From: a virus
Lineage: Duplodnaviria > Heunggongvirae > Uroviricota > Caudoviricetes
Length of the DNA: 64,000 nucleotides
Virus record (IMG/VR): IMGVR_UViG_3300046003_006038
Coordinates: 64,001 to 128,000 of that record
Reading direction: 5' to 3' (one strand)
The translations under genes were made by a program, and so were the position numbers. The number at the start of each line of letters is the position of its first letter. Position 1 is the first letter of the stretch. The notes beneath the pieces are model-generated. The model saw nothing but the letters and a program-made list of their open reading frames with translations. It searched no databases and was not told where the DNA came from. Shown in pieces: positions 54,836 to 64,000 of this stretch.

Positions 54836-55057
54836 TCACTTTTGTGATACCTTTGTCTGATATGTAGGTTTCATACGGTTATTTTCATTTCTCAGAAGTT
54901 CTGCCATCTGTTTTCCCTGTTCTACAGCGTTCTCTGCACTATCTCCTTTATTAGTCTCTTCGTAAGCTTCTACAATCTTATTGTATATAAACCTTCTTGT
55001 AGACACCGGTAGGTTGTAAACATCAAACCATGTATACCCTCCTTTTCCGTAGAACAC
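54836..55057 (-). CDS. Tail assembly chaperone C-terminal extension (+1 frame)
   Basis: GGYTWFDVYNLP; frame open upstream to ~55130 with no ATG. Confidence 0.65.
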   Translation of the reverse strand: MFYGKGGYTWFDVYNLPVSTRRFIYNKIVEAYEETNKGDSAENAVEQGKQMAELLRNENNRMKPTYQTKVSQK

Positions 55058-55088
55058 TATTTCATGTATCTGTGTAAAGAGTTTTAAC

Positions 55089-55835
55089 CTATACTCCTGC
55101 GTCAGGCCAAAAAAAGCTAATCCCTATAGGTAGATCGACGTCCTCCTCTTCGCCTTCACTATTTATTACAGATACTTTCATATTTAAGTCTGGAGATATT
55201 TCTGAATAATATTTTCTAAAGGCTCTAATGTCCATTGCTAAGAAGTACTGATTTACAAACTCTCTAATATCTTTTCTTTCTATACTTCCGTTAACAGATG
55301 TTATTAGATGTGCTAGCCTTACAGTAACTTCGTTCTTACTATCTTTATTTAGCTTCTGCAAACCTTTTATTTCCTGATCTATTCTACCTTCATCGCTGTG
55401 GGTAAGTATTTTAAATGTTATTTGATTTCCTGTATTTGGTAGGGTAAATCCAAACTCGTTTTTTGTAGCTTTTTCAAAATCCGGGTGTAGTGGTTTGGGC
55501 TGTATTGTAGATAAGTCTATTGATTGAGGTATTTTATCGTATTCAAATTCATAACTAGCACCGTAAGATAGAATTCTAGCAGCTATCATAATTGCATTCT
55601 TATCTCCTACTAGTAACTCTCCGTAATCAATAGGAGTTACAATTAAAGACTGTAAAAGTTTATCTATTACAGTTCCCTGTTTGATGTAGTTAGTATTTGT
55701 AATGATATCCTCTTCGCGAGCTGTCATATACTTCATTTCGATTTTCCCTGATGCTAGTGGAGAGTCTTTTGGGTAAAGAAGTCCTTTTGAAGGAAGATCT
55801 ACTGTTTCAGTAGGTAGTTTAAATTTTTGTTCCAT
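55089..55835 (-). CDS. Tail/baseplate assembly chaperone (T4 gp26-like)
   Basis: LPTETVDLPSKG...MKYMTAREEDI; between tube and tape measure. Confidence 0.7.
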   Translation of the reverse strand: MEQKFKLPTETVDLPSKGLLYPKDSPLASGKIEMKYMTAREEDIITNTNYIKQGTVIDKLLQSLIVTPIDYGELLVGDKNAIMIAARILSYGASYEFEYDKIPQSIDLSTIQPKPLHPDFEKATKNEFGFTLPNTGNQITFKILTHSDEGRIDQEIKGLQKLNKDSKNEVTVRLAHLITSVNGSIERKDIREFVNQYFLAMDIRAFRKYYSEISPDLNMKVSVINSEGEEEDVDLPIGISFFWPDAGV

Positions 55836-55963
55836 AAATTTTATTTGTTAGTAACTAGTTCTATATATAAATATATGAAGAAAACTTTTTTAAAACAACA
55901 AAGCCTATCTACAATGAAGTAAATAGGCATATAGTTTGAAAAGTAGTAGTTAACTACACAACA

Positions 55964-56452
55964 TCAATAATTTAAGACACAGTAATCCATTGCTACTGAA
56001 ATCTGAATCTCTACTAATCCATCTGCTGAGGTCCAGTCAAATTGGCCAAAGTCGCCTTTTGTTAAGAAAGCTCCTTTGATAATCCATTCTCCCACAATAT
56101 CTCCTACAGGACCTAAGATGTTTAAAGTTAAATCTTTCTTATAGAAATCTGAATAACCTGCTCTACCAGTTACTGATTCATACCCTAGACGAGCCCATTC
56201 CATTACAGCTTGTGCTCCAGAAGGAGTGATTGGTGAATATAAAGTCATATCCATATCTTGCCACTCTCTTTTACCTCTTATTTTTCTGTAAGAGTTGATG
56301 TGATCAAGTTTAATAACTCCATCTTGAAAAGAAGGTGCTTTCACGTTTTTAACCATGAATGCTGGGATATTGTCTATATACATTACGAACCTGTGTTGAA
56401 CCATTGGTTCAAAAGCTCTAAACATTATTTCATTAGGATCTAATACTGCCAT
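55964..56452 (-). CDS. Tail tube protein (T4 gp19-like)
   Basis: EPMVQHRF...GKREWQD...IIKGAF; directly after sheath. Confidence 0.85.
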   Translation of the reverse strand: MAVLDPNEIMFRAFEPMVQHRFVMYIDNIPAFMVKNVKAPSFQDGVIKLDHINSYRKIRGKREWQDMDMTLYSPITPSGAQAVMEWARLGYESVTGRAGYSDFYKKDLTLNILGPVGDIVGEWIIKGAFLTKGDFGQFDWTSADGLVEIQISVAMDYCVLNY

Positions 56453-56497
56453 TTTATTTTCTTATTATTTAATTATAAATATCTACTGTTTAGATTC

Positions 56498-58291
56498 TTA
56501 TGCAAATGTTGCTCCTGTTGGTTCAATTGTAAAGTCTAACACAACGAATTCAATTGTTTTAGTTGGTTGAATAAAGATCTGACCTACTAATTGATTTCTA
56601 TCTACAACATCTGCTGTGTTGTTTGAATCGTCCATTACCACTCTATATGCATAAAGTCCCTGTCTTTGTACTACTGATTCTAAATATGGATTTACCGTCG
56701 CTAAGAATCTATTTCTAGTTGCTATACTATTCTGTTCAAATACTAAGTTTCTTGCTTGGTCACCGATAAACTTCTTAAGTTCTATTAACAATCTTCTAAC
56801 GTTTACTCTATCTAAAGCTGATGCTTTTGTTTGTAATGTTTTCTGTCCGAATACTGAAATACCTGTTCCTGGGAATGTAGCAATTGGATTTACTTTTCCT
56901 AAGTATAATGTATCTCTATCTCCTTTTGTTAATTTTCTTTCTGCTTGAATAACTCCTGCTAAACCTCCTCTTACAAGTCCTGCTGGTGCAAACCATGGTG
57001 CTGAAGCATTATCTGTAAATGCATATACTCCTGGGATTACTGTTCCTGCTGGTGCATATTCGTTTCTACCTGTAGCTGACTGTACTTGTACCCAAGGCCA
57101 GTAAGTTGCTGCATATGAACTATTAATTGCTGCTGCTTGAGTTGTTACAGCTGATATTACAGATCCTGTTGGAACTAAGTCCACTACTGCAATACAGTCT
57201 CCTCTATCTTCTGCTAAAGAGATAACCGAGTCAATTACGTTTTTAGCATTTCTAGTACCACCTCCTTGTGCTGTTGTACCATATACCAATCCCGGTGTAG
57301 ATATTATGTTGTACTGGTATTCATCTCTATTTGATAATAATGAAATAGCTGTTGCATAGTTATCCCCTACCAGCCCTTGTGCATCTGTAGTTGTAGTACC
57401 GGTTCCTAAACTTGCAAAATAAGTAGCTCCTGATTTAACAGCTCCTGTTGCATTGTAAAATGATCCCGATGTTGCTACCGGTAATGAAGCTGAGTATGAA
57501 GTATTTGCTGAATCTCTATTTACAGTTATTCCGTCTGTACTTAGGTAGTTCGGTGTAGCTAGATTTACTGCACTTACTCTAACGAAGTTTGACCTATTAG
57601 GGTAAGTTCCTTCTTTATAAATGTACGATGTTGTTCCATCTGTACCTACTCTTGTATATTGATTACCAATTACTGCTTCAATATAGTTTGTTGAATTTGG
57701 ATCTAAAGATACATTAGTAAATGTTTCAAGAGTTATTGGATTATTTGTATTATCATCCCCCTGTCTTATAAGTAATGTAAATGTTCCTTGAGCATTATTA
57801 ACATTTTGAATTTGCCATCTTATATTATCAGCTGAACCTGTTGTTAAAGATCCATCAGGGTTGATATAGGAAGCTCCTCCTGATATAGCACTTGTTACTG
57901 TTGCTGCGTTATTGTACATTGCCCCTTTTCCTAGAGTTTTAAGTTCAAAAGGTTGAGTGCTTGCTTTTGCAGATGATGAAATATGTGTACTAGTTGCTGA
58001 ATCATATGCTCCTGATACAACTCTTGTAATTAATGCTGTTCCTCCTCCTTGAGAAAAATAATTTTTTACCGCTACAGAAGTTAGAAATTCGTAGTTTGAA
58101 GAACCTGATGTAAATGTCTCACCGAACTTTCTTGTGAAGTCGTTGTAAGAGGTAACAATAGTAGGCTGATTATCCGGTCCTTTTACTGTTGGTCCAATGA
58201 ATGCTGCTCCTGCTTGTACTGGTGCCGGTGTTATGAAGGAGATGTCATTCTCTCTTGTCAACACTCCTGGAGAAATAATTGATTCTGCCAT
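56498..58291 (-). CDS. Contractile tail sheath protein
   Basis: ISPGVLTRE, WFAPAGLVRG, VNPI, FGQKT, DRVNVRRL, PTKTIEF. Confidence 0.93.
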   Translation of the reverse strand: MAESIISPGVLTRENDISFITPAPVQAGAAFIGPTVKGPDNQPTIVTSYNDFTRKFGETFTSGSSNYEFLTSVAVKNYFSQGGGTALITRVVSGAYDSATSTHISSSAKASTQPFELKTLGKGAMYNNAATVTSAISGGASYINPDGSLTTGSADNIRWQIQNVNNAQGTFTLLIRQGDDNTNNPITLETFTNVSLDPNSTNYIEAVIGNQYTRVGTDGTTSYIYKEGTYPNRSNFVRVSAVNLATPNYLSTDGITVNRDSANTSYSASLPVATSGSFYNATGAVKSGATYFASLGTGTTTTDAQGLVGDNYATAISLLSNRDEYQYNIISTPGLVYGTTAQGGGTRNAKNVIDSVISLAEDRGDCIAVVDLVPTGSVISAVTTQAAAINSSYAATYWPWVQVQSATGRNEYAPAGTVIPGVYAFTDNASAPWFAPAGLVRGGLAGVIQAERKLTKGDRDTLYLGKVNPIATFPGTGISVFGQKTLQTKASALDRVNVRRLLIELKKFIGDQARNLVFEQNSIATRNRFLATVNPYLESVVQRQGLYAYRVVMDDSNNTADVVDRNQLVGQIFIQPTKTIEFVVLDFTIEPTGATFA

Positions 58292-58420
58292 GTTTTTTGT
58301 TTAGTTTAATTTGATTTTACAAAGATGTTTTTATTAAAAATAAGCACACCTTGTTTACGTAGGTATTCTATTTTCTAATAAATAGCAAAGTGTAGTCGAA
58401 ACCTTTATTATAAATGTTCA

Positions 58421-58672
58421 CTATATCGGTATTATTTCTCCTGTATCGATGTCGATTGAACACTTTCCATATATTTGCTCAAGGTGCTGTGCAAGTGCTT
58501 CTGATTGTTGCTGTATTTGTGCAAGCATGTTGTGCACCTCTCGCTGTCTTATTTTTATGTTTAGCTTTTCAACTTCAATAATTCCTAGTTGAGTTATTAT
58601 TTGCTTTTCCTGTTGCTGTAACTCTTGTAATTGCTGCAGTTCTTGTTGTTGTAACTTTGTTTGTTTTTCCAT
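58421..58672 (-). CDS. Gln-rich coiled-coil hypothetical protein
   Basis: ORF track. Confidence 0.65.
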   Translation of the reverse strand: MEKQTKLQQQELQQLQELQQQEKQIITQLGIIEVEKLNIKIRQREVHNMLAQIQQQSEALAQHLEQIYGKCSIDIDTGEIIPI

Positions 58673-58683
58673 AACGTTCGTTT

Positions 58684-58875
58684 TTACTCTAATGTTTCAG
58701 GTAGTTCTTCTACATATTCCATGTCACTTGCAAGTGATGGGTGTGCTAATATATAATGATTATTATCAATTAAGTAAATATCACTCCATTTCATTCCGTT
58801 TTGGTATTTTTGATTTTGTGATACCTGTATGTTATAGTTTTCACACTGTTGGTAAGTCCCTTTGTAATGTTTCAT
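58684..58875 (-). CDS. Hypothetical protein
   Basis: ORF track. Confidence 0.55.
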   Translation of the reverse strand: MKHYKGTYQQCENYNIQVSQNQKYQNGMKWSDIYLIDNNHYILAHPSLASDMEYVEELPETLE

Positions 58876-58877
58876 AA

Positions 58878-60266
58878 TTAGTATAGATTATAGTAACTAT
58901 TAATTTTAGTAGATAATGAAGATGTAAATGATGATACACTTCCTGTGTACATTATTTTTTCAATTAAATTATTTAAAGATGCTACCGCATTTAGTGGTTT
59001 TGTTAAATAAATATTAAATCCTAGTTGGAGGTTTGTAGCGCTTATTAACTTAGCATCGTAGGTTGCAGGTCCTGATGGGTATATTTGGTTCCATCCTTGA
59101 CCTCTAGTTGACCCTGATATTATACTTGTGTTAATGCTATATATTGGCGATCCTACCCCAGAACCTATACTTGTACTAGTTGAACCAGATTGAAATAATC
59201 CGTAATATCTTACACTAGGATTTGTTGTATACCCCGTGTACAGAGTTTGGGAGCCCGGATTTGAGTGATTGTATACTTGAAAATCATTTAACACTGATGC
59301 TGAGAGGAAGTTTTGCATAGTAAATCCTGTTGTAGAATATATACTTTGATTAATTCCTACAGCATTATTAGCATTTGAAGCTGTGGGGAAATATTGCACC
59401 CCAAAAGCATTTACTTCTACTACTGCGGGTTGAGCGGTTACTGTATTTGCTTGCATATGTCTATTATTTTCACTTTGATCATACCAAGTCCGTACTCGTG
59501 CTCTCCCACCTACAAATCCTACTGTTTTTATATAGGCTTCAACATATTGTTCAAAATTATAATTAGTTGACCCTGATATTAGCAAAATTCCTGTAACTTC
59601 TACAGTATTGGATGTCTGTGTAGTAGTTTTGCGTATTCCCCAGTTTGTTCCTCCCGTTCCTGTTACTGTGTATTCTGATTTACATAAGTAAAAGTTATTA
59701 TCTAAAGATTGTGAATTAAAGTTTGTCCCAGGTTGGGTAGCCATTAAATGTATATAGTCGCTAGCTGTATCATTAGGTCCAAATTTTAAAATTCCGTTAT
59801 CTGTTCTTTTTGCAACAGAATACATTGTATATGTACCTGCACCTACAAATGGAGAAGACGGATATACTACCCCAAGGAATTGTGATGTTACAGTTTTACC
59901 TTGATTATTTAATACAGTTGTACCATCAAATGTAATGGAAGTACTCCCCGATGTTATCGAGCCGGAGTTAAATGTTGAAAAAGTAATATTTGACCTAGTA
60001 CCCTCTCCAGGATCTGTTGCGGGTTCAGAATATCTCCAAATATTTGTCTGAGTTCCTATAAAGTTTGATATAGAACCTGTGTCTAATTTCCCTCCTACAA
60101 AGTTTATATCTAATTCAGCATTATCTTTATCTCGTATAATCTTCATGCAAGGTCCTGTATATGTGCCACTTAATTTTCTTAACGAATATGCAGCGTATGA
60201 ACCTGTAAATTGATTTAAAATATACGAGCCCTTTATGTAACTTGATGCTATTATTCCTGGATTCAT
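58878..60266 (-). CDS. Virion/receptor-binding-type protein with beta-sandwich (LamG/ConA-like) domain
   Basis: AAYSLRKL...IIRDKDNAELDI and VRTWYDQS..RH motifs; S/T/G/N rich. Confidence 0.55.
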   Translation of the reverse strand: MNPGIIASSYIKGSYILNQFTGSYAAYSLRKLSGTYTGPCMKIIRDKDNAELDINFVGGKLDTGSISNFIGTQTNIWRYSEPATDPGEGTRSNITFSTFNSGSITSGSTSITFDGTTVLNNQGKTVTSQFLGVVYPSSPFVGAGTYTMYSVAKRTDNGILKFGPNDTASDYIHLMATQPGTNFNSQSLDNNFYLCKSEYTVTGTGGTNWGIRKTTTQTSNTVEVTGILLISGSTNYNFEQYVEAYIKTVGFVGGRARVRTWYDQSENNRHMQANTVTAQPAVVEVNAFGVQYFPTASNANNAVGINQSIYSTTGFTMQNFLSASVLNDFQVYNHSNPGSQTLYTGYTTNPSVRYYGLFQSGSTSTSIGSGVGSPIYSINTSIISGSTRGQGWNQIYPSGPATYDAKLISATNLQLGFNIYLTKPLNAVASLNNLIEKIMYTGSVSSFTSSLSTKINSYYNLY

Positions 60267-60276
60267 AACTTTATTT

Positions 60277-63153
60277 TTATGCTTGTTCTAGTCTTCCGTA
60301 TAACATGTATTCTTCTGCTCCTATCCAATCTATTGCAAATACTGAGTATTGTTCTGCCGTTTTTGCATTTTCTGTTGCTGCTGTTCTTATTGTAACTCCT
60401 GAACCTGTTACAAATGATAGTTGTCCTGTTCCTAGTTGCTTACCTTCAAATCTACTTCCTATTTGTAAATTTGGAGGTATTGTTACTGTTGTAGCTGTAC
60501 TTGAAGTAAAATGTAAAATTCTACCAGTATCTTGTTGTTGAAGGGTATAGTTAATTGACCCTGTTGATAAAATATCTTTAAATAAAGAGATAGACCCTGT
60601 TCCAAACAAAGAACCTGTAAGTGAAGTTGCTTGTAAAGATCCTGTTAATCCGTATAAACCTGATAATTGTCTTGTATTAATCCAAACACTACCACTTCTT
60701 ACTAGTAGTTGACCTGTAGTTAGTGATCCGGTATTTATTAATACGTTATGTAATTCATCAATTTCATATCCATTATCTATCTTAACAAAAATCTTACCGT
60801 TATTTGCATGAGCATATTCTACAAATCCAATAATAACTGTATGCTGTGGTGCTTGTGGTTTTATGTTTGTAAGATATCCTGGTGTGGTTGAAGATAAGTA
60901 CAGTACATCACCGTCTACCCATGTCTCTCCCTGTAATGCACCTGTTGTATTTATTTTTCGTACTTGACCTGAAAGTGTTATAAATCCTTCTTGATTTACA
61001 TCTATATTTTCAGTAACAACACCTAGAGTTGTAGCTGAGTTATCGTCGTTATCACCTTGCGCTAATACTACTGCTAGTCGTCCACCTTGAGCTCCCCCTT
61101 CAGCAACTGACCTAATACGAACAACACGGTAATCGGCTTCCAATAAATTACCTCCTGTTTTATTTACAACTCTAGCTACCTCTTCTTGTCCTATCTGTAA
61201 AGTTACATTACTTCCTTTTAGTCCTATATCTAAAGTGCCATCGGTATCATTCCAACTTAGTCGTCCTGCTACAGGTTGTGTGGCGGTGTAAGAAGTATTA
61301 AAATCAATGTAATCTACATTGTTAATTGAACCTGATACGGTAGGATTAACGTTATAGGAAGATGTTAAAGCATATGATGCTGTAGTTGCTCTTGACGCAG
61401 ATACTGCAAATGAAGCACTTAACCCATTCAATGCATAAGAAGCTGTTCCTAATAATGAACCTGTAAAGGAACTTGAAATGAAAGTCGACGCAAAGATACT
61501 CCCACTAACATGTAAATTGTATTGTGGATTAAATGTATTAATACCGACTCTTCCATTTGCTACTGAAGAGGAAAAGGCATTGCCGGTGGTTGTTGAGTAA
61601 GAACCTGTTGCAAATATTAATCCTCCTAAATTTATACAGTGTCTAGATTGGGAAGGTAAACTTATATTTGTACCTATTATAATATTATTAGTATTTATAG
61701 TTCTAGTCCCCGATCCATTGTTCCCAACATTATAACCTATTAATGTAGAATATGAAGCACTAACCGCTGTTCTACCAGCACTGTTTCCTAAGAAGTTTGA
61801 ATTATTAGCATTAGTAGCCTGATATCCGGAGTTTTGACCTAAGAAGTTTGAATTATTAGCATTAGTAGCCTGATATCCGGAGTTTTGACCTAAGAAGTTT
61901 GAAAGACTAGCATTAGTAGCTCCTTCTCCGACACCACTTCCTAAGAAGTTTGAATTACTAGCATTGGTAGCTTGGTATCCGACACCACTTCCTAAGAAGT
62001 TTGAATCATTGGCATTGGTTGCTTCTTGTCCAGCTTGAGGTCCTAAGAAGTTCGAACTACCGGCATTAGTAGCCTGATATCCGGCACTGTTTCCTAAGAA
62101 GTTCGAATTACTAGCACCTGATGCATATCTTCCAGCATTACTTCCTAAGAAGTTTGAATCATTGGCATTGGTAGCATTTTGTCCTGCTTGAGGTCCTAAG
62201 AAGTTTGAATTACTGGCAGTAGTGTATGCTCCGGCACTGGTTCCTAAGAAGTTTGAACCATCAGCACCAGAAGCCGAAAAGCCGGCTTGGTTACCTAAAA
62301 ATATACTATTTGCATTGGATGGTCTTTCTTGGATAACATCGAAGTACGGGGTACCTGCAGGTGGATTTGTTGAGTAAAGTGTATCGTACTCAACAGATAT
62401 TGGATAACTCGATGTAGTAGCATTTTGTGCAAATGATGCTGTTCCTAATAATGACCCTGTAATAGAAGGTGCTTCTAAATAATTACCAACAAAACCTTCA
62501 CCAGTTTCAATGTATTTATCAGAATATGTTGTATTAGTTTGTATTCTTAGAAAATTTTGCTCATTAGTATTTTTATCACTATTAAGGATATCAATCGTAC
62601 TAGATTTTAATTGTACCTGTTGTTCATAAGCACCATTGTCCGCTGCTAATGTAACTATGCCTATATCAGTTTGTATTTTACCAAAATCTGTACCTGAAGT
62701 ATTTTGTATAGTGGAGGTGTTTAGTGTAGTATTTATTGAACTTCCAATAGATGCTCCATTAGGATCACCACCTAATGATACGCCAAATCCTTCTTCAACA
62801 TTAGCTATTATGTTTATAGATTGTGATGGATAGTTAAAGTCATTATTTGATATATCATTAAATAGGATCTGTCTATTATTTACCCCAAATGGATAATCTG
62901 TACCAAATAAAGCTGTTTTATTACCACTAGTACCCCAATTTGATATAAATCCTTGTGTTGCTGTAACACTTCCTGTTACTGTTTGGTTTCCTATAAAAAT
63001 ATTTGAACCTGTAGTTGCAAATGAACCTGTATCAATAGTTGTTCCACCTGCGTTTAGAGCATAGGAAGCTGTTGCAGAATAAGAAGCACTCACAGCATTC
63101 TGTGCCCAAGATGCTGTTGCAATTTGTTTACCTTGTATTAAGTTTATTGCCAT
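60277..63153 (-). CDS. Tail fibre / adhesin-like protein with 17-aa repeats
   Basis: SNFLGxxAGxxATNA repeats, TASYA/GSL linkers, multi-domain. Confidence 0.7.
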   Translation of the reverse strand: MAINLIQGKQIATASWAQNAVSASYSATASYALNAGGTTIDTGSFATTGSNIFIGNQTVTGSVTATQGFISNWGTSGNKTALFGTDYPFGVNNRQILFNDISNNDFNYPSQSINIIANVEEGFGVSLGGDPNGASIGSSINTTLNTSTIQNTSGTDFGKIQTDIGIVTLAADNGAYEQQVQLKSSTIDILNSDKNTNEQNFLRIQTNTTYSDKYIETGEGFVGNYLEAPSITGSLLGTASFAQNATTSSYPISVEYDTLYSTNPPAGTPYFDVIQERPSNANSIFLGNQAGFSASGADGSNFLGTSAGAYTTASNSNFLGPQAGQNATNANDSNFLGSNAGRYASGASNSNFLGNSAGYQATNAGSSNFLGPQAGQEATNANDSNFLGSGVGYQATNASNSNFLGSGVGEGATNASLSNFLGQNSGYQATNANNSNFLGQNSGYQATNANNSNFLGNSAGRTAVSASYSTLIGYNVGNNGSGTRTINTNNIIIGTNISLPSQSRHCINLGGLIFATGSYSTTTGNAFSSSVANGRVGINTFNPQYNLHVSGSIFASTFISSSFTGSLLGTASYALNGLSASFAVSASRATTASYALTSSYNVNPTVSGSINNVDYIDFNTSYTATQPVAGRLSWNDTDGTLDIGLKGSNVTLQIGQEEVARVVNKTGGNLLEADYRVVRIRSVAEGGAQGGRLAVVLAQGDNDDNSATTLGVVTENIDVNQEGFITLSGQVRKINTTGALQGETWVDGDVLYLSSTTPGYLTNIKPQAPQHTVIIGFVEYAHANNGKIFVKIDNGYEIDELHNVLINTGSLTTGQLLVRSGSVWINTRQLSGLYGLTGSLQATSLTGSLFGTGSISLFKDILSTGSINYTLQQQDTGRILHFTSSTATTVTIPPNLQIGSRFEGKQLGTGQLSFVTGSGVTIRTAATENAKTAEQYSVFAIDWIGAEEYMLYGRLEQA
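61785..62300 (-). repeat. About ten tandem 51-bp repeats in fibre gene
   Basis: CCTAAGAAGTT(T/C)GAA recurs every 51 nt; two adjacent units nearly identical. Confidence 0.9.
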
Positions 63154-63155
63154 TG

Positions 63156-64000
63156 TTAGTTAAATTTTCCTACTAATAGTACCTGATCTGTTGCTTCTAA
63201 TGTAAATCCTAAATTTGTAAATGTTACAACTATGTTTGCTGAGGATTGTATTATTGATGTTATGTTGTCTGATGGGATTGCAACTCCATTTATGAATACT
63301 TGAAAATCCTGTTTCTGTATTGCTGGAAAGCCTGTTGGCGGTGTTGCTATGGTTTTGTTAGTGAACGTAGCTGTTGTACTTGCTACCGTATTTGCCAATG
63401 CTGTTGACTGCAATCCTACATATGCTATTTGTTCTACCGTCATTCCTGTTACTCCTGTTCCTCCTCCTGTATTTCCAGTTGCTCCTGTAAATGCTGTGTC
63501 GAAGAATCTCGTCGGTGCCTGTGCTGTTGATGTTGCTGCTCTTGCATTCAGTACTTCAATTGATCCTGCTGTTTCTATCCCAAATTTTAAAGCTGCTTTT
63601 GAATAGAATTTATTTGGATTTGCTATGGACGTGTTTATACTATCTGATACAATATATCCTCCTATTTTAATTGTAAAGGTTGTCTTTACTGTTCTATCTC
63701 CTCCTTGTATAAGTTCTGTAGTTGTGGTATAATTGTCAATTGATGCTCTAAATTTAAACCTCTCCGGGTCCCCCCAGTATGAATCAGATGCAAAGTTGAT
63801 ACTTTCTACTATTGCATTCATCTGTTCTATATACTCTGTAAAGATCGTACAAGAGTATACCAGGTTTACGTAGTCTGGTATAATCACTCCGTAATACTCC
63901 TTTACCGGTACCCTATTTGTTAGTATTCCGAATTGGTCGTATATGTTTTTTTGTGAGTATTTTTTTTCAAAGACTCCGAAATGTAGTGGATTATTTGCAT
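63156..64000 (-). CDS. Neck/tail-completion-like structural protein, 5' part outside window
   Basis: Frame stays open from ORF-track start 63887 to the window edge (..ANNPLHFGVFEKKYSQKNIYD..); PDYVNLVY...QMNAIVE pattern. Confidence 0.6.
   Translation of the reverse strand, partial: ANNPLHFGVFEKKYSQKNIYDQFGILTNRVPVKEYYGVIIPDYVNLVYSCTIFTEYIEQMNAIVESINFASDSYWGDPERFKFRASIDNYTTTTELIQGGDRTVKTTFTIKIGGYIVSDSINTSIANPNKFYSKAALKFGIETAGSIEVLNARAATSTAQAPTRFFDTAFTGATGNTGGGTGVTGMTVEQIAYVGLQSTALANTVASTTATFTNKTIATPPTGFPAIQKQDFQVFINGVAIPSDNITSIIQSSANIVVTFTNLGFTLEATDQVLLVGKFN

Noticed and set aside
61785-62300. Diversity-generating retroelement template/variable repeat
   Set aside because: No reverse transcriptase in window and differences are not adenine-specific
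1-64000. Plus-strand ORFs in the ORF track (e.g. 44985-45518, 52780-53427, 47806-48087)
   Set aside because: They are antisense shadows of well-supported minus-strand genes or tRNAs, with no recognisable motifs

Overview
AT-rich segment of a large tailed phage (contractile-tail, T4-like structural and replication genes but a family-A polymerase), most likely infecting Bacteroidota/Flavobacteriia (inferred from TTG-N~20-TAnnTTTR promoters, an O-glycosylation-motif lipoprotein and an attC-like site). Essentially all genes are on the - strand. Left to right: 7-deazaguanine genes (queE, queD) and thyA with GIY-YIG endonucleases (0.5-6 kb); a long accessory zone of small, modular, apparently shuffled ORFs with repeated junction and promoter elements, an attC-like site and an Acb2/Tad1-like gene (6-26 kb); a cluster of 25 tRNAs covering all 20 amino acids, interleaved with at least five non-canonical tRNA-like genes and several closed-stem RNAs (26.5-32.7 kb); queC, thioredoxin, nrdAB, helicase, 5'-3' exonuclease, RecA/UvsX, SSB, PolA (33-47 kb); baseplate, tape measure, tail chaperone, tube, sheath, fibre and neck genes (47-64 kb). 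Eight free-standing endonuclease genes are present. Best novelty candidates: a covarying kissing-loop RNA (or DNA) element in front of both MNYQRIYDQ-type HNH genes, tRNA shells with rebuilt anticodon domains, an integron-like cassette junction carrying an anti-defence-like gene, a ~300-nt closed-stem ncRNA, the cassette-like modular gene array, and a +1 frameshift site in the tail chaperone. All calls come from manual motif reading; no database searches were run and tRNA/RNA coordinates may be off by a few nt.
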